From assembly GCA_043228905.1 (NCBI GenBank), contig JBHGNT010000020.1, positions 6,262,001-6,326,000 on the forward strand: 64,000 bases of DNA. The letters are read 5' to 3'. The stretch's first letter is position 1, and every line of letters starts with the position of its first letter. Shown one piece after another: positions 46,858 through 57,229 of the stretch. The DNA is from Azolla caroliniana. Taxonomy: Eukaryota; Plantae; Polypodiophyta. A program made the translations under genes and the position numbers. The notes below the pieces were generated by a model. The model was not told the origin of the DNA. It was given only the letters and a program-made list of their open reading frames with translations, and ran no database searches.

Positions 46858-48764
46858 GTATATTCCCCATTTTTTGCAAATACGGGCCGTCATCCTAAGT
46901 AGACAATGAATGCGCATCCAGAAGTGCCTACCAACCCTGCTAATGAGGATCGTCTTAGTCTACTCCAAGAAATTCACGCTACCATTCTTCACAATTTGCA
47001 TGATGCTCAAGTTACACACAAGAGGCTTGCGGATCGTCATCGCCTAGATTCCTCAAAAAACTTCTGTGTTGGGGATCGTGTATGGCTTCTCCAACACAAC
47101 ATCAAGACTACTCGGCCTTTCGGTAAATTGGATTACCAATGTTTTGGCCCATACATGATCACTAGTAAGATAAGGGATGTTGCATTTCGTCTTGGCCTCC
47201 CTATGCACATGCGTCTTCATCCGGTGTTTCATGTATCCCTTTTGGAACCTTACGTCACAAGTTCAATTCCAGGTCATCTTATAACTGCCCCCCCACCTGT
47301 TGTGTTCTTGGAAGGACCTAAATTTGAGGTTGCTGTCATTCTTGATTCTAAAATTGTGCGCAACAAGTTGTATTACTTGGTTGATTGGGTAGGTTATACC
47401 CCCAACGATCGAACTTGGGAACCTGCAACAAATCTTTCCAATGCCGCGGACATGGTCACCACATTTCATTGCGACTATCCTCATAAACCAGGTCCTACTA
47501 CAAGCCCTACGACCCGTGAGACGTGTCATCGTGAAAGGAATACGGTTTCCTAAGCTATGCTCGGCCACAACCGAGACGTCAGATCAAGCATAGAAAACAG
47601 GGATGTGCTGAGATGTATCTACACACGAAACAGTAAAGAAGAGAGTGCACTGGATATTAACATGGAAAACCAAAATCTGGAAAAAACCACGACAGCCCTC
47701 AGATTTCAAAATATCACTATATCAAGATTACAACAATGGGGTATAGAGGCAACGACCTCTTGCTCCCTCGCTTCGCCACCAGGTGGTTACAACAGAGGCA
47801 ACAACCTCTTCTTCTCTCTCTCTCTCTTCTCTGTACACAGTTCCGCTCTGAATTATCGCCACAACGATAATAACACAACCAACTCTACATCATTAACTAT
47901 TAAGTTTGCCCTAGGTCATATTTATACTAATATGACTTTCATGCTATTTACAAATATAGCCCTAGTGGGCTCTCTGGAACATATTTACATATATGTCCCT
48001 TCCATCCGATGAGAGGTTCTCACCGGGCCTGCAACATCCGGTTCTCACCGGGTCTTCCGTTGCCGGGTACTCCACATCCGGATTCTTCTCACTTCCCATC
48101 CGGAGGGACGTTTCCTAACAAACTCCCCCTTCAATCCGGCATGGGATGTCTTACTAGTCCGATCCGCTTCCGACATGCATCCAGCTTGTCAGGTATCAAT
48201 ACTTTGGTCAGCATATCTGATCCGTTCTCGGCCGTGTGGATCTTCGTCAGCGCGAACTCTTAATCTTCTACTCGCTCCCGGATCCAGTGATACCTACGCT
48301 GGATGTGCTTCGTCCTAGAATGGTGTTGCCGTTTAGGAACACGGTCCGTGGTCAGTCCTTCGACCTAGACCTCAAGGTGTGTGTGGAACAACGAACAGGG
48401 TTTAAGCGTAATGCGTAAGGGGAGAACCTTTGTAATTCCTCCGTGTATAAGGGAAGACGGCTACAACCGAACCCTTATCACAGGTTACACTTACGTACTA
48501 CTACGTTTAAGTATCCGAGACACCGACACTGAATTAGCCGCAACTATACACAGAAACTCAGAGAAGATAGAATTCTATTATCAGGCGTTCTTTACATTTC
48601 CAAAAATTACACACACCTCCATAAGAGGTTTTCTGCCCTTTATATATGTAGGGTCTAATTAGCCGTTCACGCTTCCTGCGTGAACCGTTACATGCGTTAT
48701 GCTCTTATATAGTTTCTTATTCCTATGCTTTTGTCCGTCGGTTACTATTCCGGCGGACAACACT

Positions 48765-48781
48765 TGGCACGCCTGTGGGAC
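48765..48781 (+). other. tRNA-Arg-type primer-binding-site sequence, antisense to gag-pol, at the expected PPT position of element E
   Basis: ...GGACAACA-CT-TGGCACGCCTGTGGGAC. It starts with TGG 2 nt from the LTR edge and resembles the Tat-type PBS TGGCACGCCCAGTGGGAC. Confidence 0.8.
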
Positions 48782-48809
48782 AGTGCCTTTGCACGTCGGA
48801 CCCATCCCG

Positions 48810-51578
48810 TTAATCTTCTTCCAAAATGGCCCGGATGTTCGGCTCTGTTGTGGTGTCCTCGTCCGGGGTTGATGTAGGGCCCGTAGGTGCATCGTGGTGT
48901 GGCTCCTCTGCTTGGTCGGTTTGGTTTCTCCCGGAGTTGCCTTCGCCGTGTGTGGGTGGTCCGGGTACGGTGGGCTCTTCTTGAGTTAGTGGGCTGGGCT
49001 CCTTCGTTGGCGTGCTTGCAGTCGGCTGCAGCTCAACCTCTATTGTTACGTCCTCCACGGTGTTGGCCGTTTTTGTGTGTCCCTGGGCGTGGGGCGGGGA
49101 TTCCGCCTGGTCCGCACTATTTTCCGCGTGTTCTGAAGATGGTGTGGACTGGTGCGGCTGGACCTCTTGTTGGGTAATGGTTTCGTTGTCTGTTCCTGTG
49201 GGGGACTCCGCTCGTTGGTCCCCGCTATTCTCCCTTGTTGTCATCTCTGGTGATCGGGCCTGAGGTTCCTCTTCTTCGGCTGTGACCGGAATTGGTGTCA
49301 CGCTAGGTTCCTCGGTTGTGCGCGTGTTGCCGGCTTGTGTGATCTGGTGAAATAGCTCCTCCTGACTTTCACCAAAATCATCTAAGAGCTGTGCGAGTTC
49401 TTCGGAGTGTTGGTTTGCTAGCGCATGATAGTCTTGCGCTAGGTCCTCCCGTACGGTCGCAATGCTCTCCTCGTTTAGCTTATAAAACCCTCGGTCGTCT
49501 TTCCGCCAATTCTCCCAGTCCGCACGATACGTGTGCAATTCCGCTACTTGGGTTGCCCACGCCATCCATCCTTTGTCCAACGCCATTTTCAATTGTGCTG
49601 TGAACCTTTCCCGGCTTGTTTGGAGAAGGATGCGCACGTTATCCGTGATGGTCTGGCAGCGGTTGCGTGCATCTTCGATCGACTTCTGGAGATTTGCGAT
49701 TTCCTGCTGTTTAACGGCTGCTGCCTCCTTATACGTGGCCTTCAGGCCCGCCCACAGTTGGGATTCCTTTGCATGCTGTTCTTCTAATTTCCCCATTTCA
49801 TTGTTTAGGTGGATTTCGAGTTGATGCCTTCTGTCTTGTTCGACCACCAACTGCTCATCGAACCATACCTTCTTTTTTTCTAATAAGGCCTGAAGTCCCG
49901 CTATTGCCGCCTCCGATTTCTTCGCGTCCTCTCGTAATTGGGCGTTGTCGTCTTTTGTTCAGATGTGCTGAGCTACCTCCGTAGCTAGTTTCTCTTCAAG
50001 AGTTTTTACGGCCTTCCGTTCGTTAGCCCGTATCTCCTTTTCTCTGTCGGAGGATTGGCGTAGTTCTGCTCAAAGACGGTCAATTTCGTATTCCGCTAGC
50101 TGCACGGTTCTTTTTGCTTTTGAGGCGATGGCGGTCTGAGCCTCGATTTCTTCTTTTAGAGTGTCGATGGCGTGGTTCAGTGGCGGGGTTGTTTGTTGCG
50201 CCGTAGTCGCGTGAACTTCCAACTCCGCAATGCGTGCATTGGCTTTTTGTAGTTCGGCTTCGGTCAGTTTAACCTTCTTCCAGACATTCTTATTTTTTAT
50301 GGCCATCTCCTTGGTGCCCGTGCTGACCTTTGCCAGTTCCCGATGGACTTTGACTAGGGCCGTGTTTTAGGGTGGTATCTCTATCCCTACTCGCCGTATC
50401 CCGACGTTCCTCTATATGTCGACCCTGGCTAGCCGGTCCTCATCGTCGCTCTCCGTTGTTTGTGTTAGGGCGCGCTCGATCATCTGACGTTCCGCATGCA
50501 CCTCGGCCATTCGTTGGGCGGCTTTGACCTGTTGTGTTGCCAGGAACTCCATGAGCTCAAAAGAGGTACCGAACTGCAAGAGGGCGCTAAATTCGTGGGC
50601 CGTATCCGGGATATCCGGATATGCCAAAACCTCGCTTTCCGCCATCAATACGACTTTCCCTCGTTGGGACTGAGTCGTAATAATCGGCCGCGACTCCCGG
50701 ATGATTTCGAAGGTGGTATTCGGTTCTGCTGCTGCGGAGCCTTCGCCTTCGGTTGGTTCCTCCGGAACCGTGGGGGCGTTTTTTACCAACCCCCGCCCAT
50801 CTTTCCTGTCCAATCTGCGCCGTTTTGGTCTAGGGCTTTCCTGCCGTGTTTCAGTGTCTGGTTCTGGGGCTGCTTCCATGGAGCGTCTAGACTGTTCCTC
50901 CTGCGTCGCCCGTGTGTCCGGCTAGTCGGTAGGAGGTGTTGTCCTTGGGTCTGGTTGGGCTGGTTGGGGTTCCTCCTCCCACTCTGGGGCCGCTAACTCC
51001 GCTAACCTGCATTTTGCGGATCAGGGCGGGGCCGTGGGTTGGCTGGGCTGCGGTGCTGGCAGGCCTCGGGGTGGAAACAATACCGTAAGGTATTGTTGGA
51101 TGATTGGCCTGAGCTTTTTGCCTGCTTGGTACGCATGCAAGCCTTCTCTTAACGCCGGCCTTGTGATGACCCCCCAGTCGACTGCACGCCCTTCAAAGGT
51201 GTCGATAATGATGCCCGCCTTCTGCTTAGGCATCCCGTATGCGTTGACATGGACGCAGCTGACTTCCAGTAGGAACTTGGTAACTTCACGGAAGAAGGGA
51301 TCCGGAATCTATTTTGTTCTATAGGCCTTGGCGGAGGATGAATATGGCCCAAAATACCGCTGCAGCGCCTCTGCAGGAGTTATTTCGAAATGTCTTTTGC
51401 CTAGTGAGGATAGGTCCAACTTCTTCCGAATGGAAGAGTTGGTGACCGTGTCTATGTTAAGCTTCCTGGCGATGTTCATGGCGTCCGGGTGCGGAGGTGC
51501 TTCTGCGACCCGGATGTAGCCATCCTGGCGTTTCTCTACGAGCCATCGGCGTAGGGCAGTAGAGATGAAAATCGGCAT
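48810..51578 (-). pseudogene. Extra ORF3 of element E (923 codons, in-frame stops only): N-terminal globular domain, coiled coil, acidic P/T/E-rich tail
   Basis: ORF pieces 51309-51767, 51021-51233, 50412-50879, 50070-50306 and 48810-49850 share one frame. Plausible ATG at 51578 (MPIFISTAL). Confidence 0.75.
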
Positions 51579-51911
51579 CGCCAGAGTAGGTTCGTGGGGA
51601 GGAGACGGGAGGTTGTGGTGGGTTGGAGCTTTGAGATAGGATGGGGAAGAAGGTAAGGAGGACGAGCGATGGGAGCGTTGATAGCTAGAAGATGGGTTTC
51701 TGCTTTGTGCAGATGATCTTCTGTTTCCTTCTTTTTGTGGCTTAGGGTTCATTGGGCGGTGAGCCATCGTGGTGCCGTGTGTTCTTGAACTAGGAGTTTG
51801 TGCATGCCTTTAGTCGTTTTAATAGTCGCTATCTTCTCTTTTTTTTTTTTTTTTCGTAACAGTTATCTACAACCTATTTTTACATTATAGTACAAATGGG
51901 GCTTGTCCATT

Positions 51912-54900
51912 TTACGCTGCAGGTTCTCCGGCTTTGTCCCGTTCGGCGGTGAATGGGTTAGGTGGCGTAGGGCCCAGGTAAGGTTTGAGCCAAAACCCAT
52001 TCACTTTTTGCCGTACTATTTCTCCAGCCAACATTCCTAGTTGGAACGTGCCCTGTTCCGCTCTAATTATCCAGTATGGGCCGGTCCAGCGGAAACGTAA
52101 CTTCCCCGGCATATGGCCCATGCGCGTTTGAAAAACTAGCACCGCTCGGCCGACGACGAACTCCTTTTCCCTTGCGCTCTGATGTCGATCGACAAATGCT
52201 TTACGCCGTCGCTGTTCCTGTTCCAACACAGCCATGTTGTGGACGCGTTTTTCCCCTAGTTTGAGGAGTTGGTAGAGCCGTTCCTCCTCCGACTTGGCTT
52301 CTGATAATCGGTTCCATACCTGAATGTGCAAACTAGGTACTCGAAATTCGACTGGCATCACAACCTCTAATCCAAACGCTAGCCAAAACGGTGTTGACTA
52401 TATGCTTGTTTTGTAACTAGTTCTGTATGCCCATAACGAACTCTGGAGTTTGGTATCCCAGTCCGTTCTATTTTCATTGACGGTTTTCTTCAAAATGGTC
52501 TGTAATGTTTTGTTTGTGGATTTTGCTAATCCATTCGCATGCGGGTAATATGGCGTGCTCTTCTTGTGGACTACTGTGTAATGCTGTGTTAGTTCCCGAA
52601 CCAGCGTATTGAGGAAGTGGCTCCCCTGGTCACTGATGAGCTCAATCAGACAGCCGAACCGACACCAGATGTGCTCGTAAAGAAATTTGGCTGTGACAGC
52701 CGCCGTATTTTCACGTAGTGCCTTTGCTTCTACCCATTTGGTGCAGTAATCCGTGGCTACCAATATGTATTTGTTGCCCGTACGGGCCGCTGCTGGTGTG
52801 GAGGGCCCTACAAAATCCAATCCCCACTTTTGGAAGGGGTCTAGCAGTAATACGGACTGGTGTGGCATCCTTGCGTCCTCTGCGGGTTGACCCATCCGCT
52901 GGCACAAATCACACTTTCTACAATACTCGGATGCGTCCTTCTGCGTTGTTGGCCACCATAAGCCCAACTGCCATACTTTGCGGGTTGTCACGTCGCCCGC
53001 GTAATGGCCGCCGATCGTGCCGGAGTGTGCCTCCCGTAAAACTGCTTCCTTCTCATCCTGACGGACTCCACATCGCCAAATGCCATCACTTCCTTTGTGA
53101 TATAAATTTCCTTCGACGAGGCAGAAGTGACGGCTTCAGACGACTTGTCGTTTCTTCTCGTTTGTGCATAATTGTGGTGGAGGCAGTCCTGTAGTTAAAA
53201 ACTACGTCATTTCCATAAGCCATCGGTCCGAAAAGGTGGATTCCGTTTTTCCTGCAAGTGTCGCTACTTGCCAGATGTCGGCGTCCGGAAAATCGTCGTC
53301 GTCTTTCTGTACTGTTTCTCCATTCTCAAGTTTGCTCAAAAAATCCGCCACTGTGTGTTGCGTCCCTGGTCGGTGCTGAATTACGAACTCGAATTCCTGG
53401 AGCAGCAGCATCCATCGCGCCAATTTCCCTGTTAGGGCTTATTTCTCCACCAAATACAATAATGCCGAATGATCCACGTGGAACGTGAATTTCCGTCCTA
53501 ATAAATAGTGTCGAAATTTATTGATGCTATAGATCATCCCTAGCGCCTCCCGCTCTGTTGTGGAATAGTTACGCTTTATTGGTGACAATTTACGACTTGC
53601 GTAGTATACTGGCCTGTACCAGTTTGGTTCGGTGAGTTGCATTAGCGCGCTTCCTATTGCTATGTCCGAGGCGTCGATGAACACGTGGAATGGCTTCGCC
53701 CACACTTGAGGTTGTACGACGGGGGCCTGTGTGAGCATTATCTTAAGTGCCTCATAGGCCTTATCCTCTGTTGCAGTCCATTGGAAAGGAGTTTGATGTA
53801 CGACAGCGTGTAGTGGCGTGGTGAAGTCCGCCAAATACCATATCATTCGCCTATGCCACCGTATTTGTCCCAAAAATCGGCTAAGTGATTTGGCATTTGT
53901 CAGAGTTTTAGCTTGGGTAATAGTGGAGATCTTGTTTGGGTCGACCGCTATTCCTTCTTTGCTGACAATGTGGCCTAGGAGAGTCCCGCTGGTCATGCCG
54001 AAGGCACATTTCGCGGGATTCAGGCTTAAGCGTGCGGTGTGGCAACGTTCCAGGCATAGACGTAAGTGCGAAAGATGGTCTTTTGTTTGCCCATATACCG
54101 CAAAATTGTCTAGAAAGACTTGCATGAATGCCGGAATGTATTCCCCAAAGATCTCCGTAATCGTTCGTTGAAATGTTGCCAGCGCTGTCCTTAGCTCGAA
54201 TATCATGACAACCGCCACATATAGTCCCCAGTCCATCACAAACGCCGTCTTCTCCTGGTCCTCGGGGTGCATGCGTACTTGGTTATAGCCACTGAAGCCA
54301 TCTAAGAAACTGTACATCTCATGGCCTGCGACGGCGTCCAACACGCTATCGGTGAAGGGTAAGGGAAATGTGTCCGTAATGGTTACGACGTTTAATTTTC
54401 GGTAATCTACGCATACCCGTATTTTGCCGTTTTTCTTTGGGACAACCACTATCGGGCTTAGCCATGTCGCTTGTTTAACTGGCCGTATGAACCCCGCCCT
54501 TAGGAGCTTGTCAATTTCTTCTTTCACGTGGGTCGCGTAATTGGGGTTCATGCAGTAGCGGTGCTGCTGGACAGGTTTTGCGTCAGTTGCTAAATTGATC
54601 TTATGCTGATAGAACTTGGGATCTAACCCCTTCATGTCCTCGTGAGCCCAAGCGAACTCATCTTTATATTCCGTGAGTAGTGCGATCATTGTGATTCTCT
54701 GGTCCGGCCTTAATTCCTTTGCGATGGAGAGGAACTGGGGCTCCAATTCCGTACCCACATTCACTTCGTCGAGAGCGGAAGCGGCAACTCGACGTGAAAT
54801 CTCCATTTTCCTTTTGAATGCCGCCCGTGCTCTGCTGAGTTCCAATATGGACTCTGGGTTTGGTTCGTATGGCTCTTCGTGCGGAACAATGGCCGTAGTA

Positions 54901-57229
54901 TATTCTGCCACAGTTGCGATGACATCTATTTCGAACAGCGGAATAATCCGAGGATGTTCGTCCAGGTACGCTTACAATTCGACATCCTCCACACCAGCCA
55001 ACATATTTATGTCTTCCGTGTATAACGGTGTTATAGCCTTAGGTTGTGGCGTGTTGCCTTCCGTAGGTACGCGAACCTTGGTGCGTCCATACCGGAAACT
55101 GATACACTCGTGTTGCCACCTCTGCTTGATATTTGCTGTCCGAAGCCATGGTCTGCTCAGAAGCACTGGGTACGCTCCTGGGGCATCCAAAGCGAGGACG
55201 ACCGCCGATATGTCGAAGCGGTGTTCGCCCATGATGATGCCTATTTTGCGAATTAACCCCAACGGTCGCACTGAGCGGGTATCTACCATGCGGAGCCAGA
55301 ATGGACACGCCTCCCATTCGGAAATGCCTAATTGTTCGCAAGTTTTCGCGCTAATCACATTGACGCCTGAGCCGTCGTCGATTACGCATCTAGGAACTTC
55401 CTGTCCGTGCAATATTACTGTAATAGCCGGGTTGTGCTGATCCACCACCGGTGGTCCATCGCTGACGTCTGTCTGGTTTGTGGCAACGCTCGCCCTGGGC
55501 ATTGCCGCCACTTGTGCTTCCATGGTCTGGTGGAAACGTGGAACTAGCTGTAGCAGTTTTTCCATAGTTAACGTGATTTCACAGCCTGCTAACACCTGCC
55601 AAATGGGGTCCGGCCCCGGTCTTTCGTTCTCTGTTCGCTCCATTGTGTTCGCGGACTCCTGCCGCATACATTCCGTATTGGTCGCGTTTGCTTTTTCCAC
55701 CCAGGCTTGGGCTTGTCGTCGTACCTCGTCCTGCGCAGCCCAATCTGCCGTTTTTGTTTGCTGACGTATTGTGACTTGTTGCACCTCCACCGTAATCGTA
55801 TTGACGGTGGGCCCCTTTCCCTTGCGTGCTGGGCATTGCGTGGCATAGTGTCCGGGTTGCTGACAAATAAAACAATGGATGCTTGATTCTCCCTTCTCAG
55901 CCCCAGGTGGTGTGTGCCGCTCTCCGGGCGCTACTTGCTCTTCGCGGTCTGGCCTCGTTTGTCGGAATGTACGCGGTGGCTGCTGTTGGTCCCGTTGTTG
56001 TTCCTGGTGTCGCTCATCCCCCGAGCTTTCGTTGTAATGCCGGTGATCCCTGTATTGCCGAGGCTTACCCCGATAGCCATTGAAGCCACCCCGTTTATTT
56101 GTCGGGCGTTGATGTTCGTATCGCCGACCCCCTTTGGCGTAACTCGGATGTCCACGATAATCCTCGTCCTTTGGGTTGTCCTCCTTGGACTCGTTGTGAT
56201 TCCGGCGATTCCGATTGTATAGGTCCTCCCGCGGGTTGCGATCCTTATACCGGGGTCGGTCTTCTTGCCTCCTTTGTTCCGCCCGGTGCGGTTGACGCTG
56301 TGTGTCCATGTTGCGGACCGCGAGAGTGGCTCTGTTTAACATATTGTACTCGCATTGGTCGACTATGTGAACCTTCGAGTGGTAGATTGGGCAGTGGATT
56401 CGCATATTGCACTCCACCGCGGAATGCCCCGAGTTCAAGCAAATCGTGCACTGGATTGCTTGACGAAATTGGCGTTCCTCATCTTGAGGTAATGCTTGTC
56501 GTAAGGATGACATTGAAAACCTCTCCTCCTCGTCATCCAACTCGAGCTGTAACGCTCGTTCAATCACCATATCTGCCGTTTCCCCTTTCACGCTATTGTT
56601 GTTGAGCGTTGCCTAGATGGGCCGGCATAACGCTGCCAGAAATGTCTCCCGAGCCTCCTCCTCGGCGGGGCTTCATTTCAGTTTCCGTCGTAAATTTTGG
56701 AAACGTAAGTTGAAGTCTGCTATTGTCTCGGTCGGTAGTTGCTTAATTGTATAAAACTGCCCGAGAATCTCGCGTTGTGGAACCCTCCGATGGAAGAATT
56801 GCAAGAAAGAGGATTGTAGCTGATCAAAGGTTGTTACGGCTGGTAAGTCCATCTGTGAATGCCCGAACGCCACACGCCCATCTAATGTTAATCCGAACTC
56901 TGCCATTTTTGACTGGTGTGCCACTGTCTCGGAGAGATTCTGCGCCATGTGGTTCGCATTCCAAACATTCAAGAACATGCGAATATCAGTTGCGGCGTCG
57001 GTTTCGCCGTTAAAGCGGGGGTAGGCAAAGGCCATAGTGGGAGCTACGACGGATCGGAAAAGGTCACACGGTGGCTGCGGTGAGCGTGGTCCCCGTGTCT
57101 CGTCGAGGTATTTGGGGAGCAAAGAATCCCCTTTGCACTCCCGGCAGGTAGTACTAAGGTCGCTGATGCGCGGCTTTTGCCGAGCGCGTTCTTTTGCCTG
57201 GCGTGTGACGAACCTTGTTATTGGCCGGT
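51912..57229 (-). pseudogene. Element E gag-pol, one frame broken by nonsense codons
   Basis: Pieces 56673-57275, 54972-56591 (three zinc-knuckle-like motifs, PR CVIDDGSGVNVI), 53439-54911 (FLDGFSGYNQ, DASDIAIG, NYSTTEREAL), 52398-52991 (WGLDFVGP, ISDQGSHF) and 51912-52361 (WTGPY) are all in the same frame. Confidence 0.93.

Larger units (their letters stand above)
32935..47531 (+). mobile_element. Decayed chromovirus (Tcn1-like Ty3/gypsy), 5'-truncated, host of the right-hand nest; segments 32935-34681, 39980-41535 and 46863-47531
   Basis: Gag end GPTPMEI...CLYCGGPGHIVVNC; PR LLDSGANS; RT PPWGPIYNLS/LDLRGAY/YLDD; RH (NYEIHDKELLAI, DHKN); INT (HDSPMAGH, ISLDFI); GPY; chromodomain FEVAVILDS...YLVDWVGY...TWEP. 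Reading continues across both TSD-bounded insertions. Confidence 0.92.
48324..57229 (-). mobile_element. Non-chromovirus Ty3/gypsy element (element E): gag-pol, extra ORF3 and terminal LTR 48324-48762; other end deleted
   Basis: LTR bounded by TGTTG...CAACA, inserted in copia-3 RNase H after AATGG. Gag-pol and ORF3 are on the minus strand. Copia-3 resumes near 57230 with part of its RNase H missing, indicating a deletion across the junction. Confidence 0.9.

Noticed and set aside
48810-51578. Envelope gene call for ORF3
   Set aside because: No signal peptide or transmembrane segment is visible; the sequence is coiled-coil and disordered.
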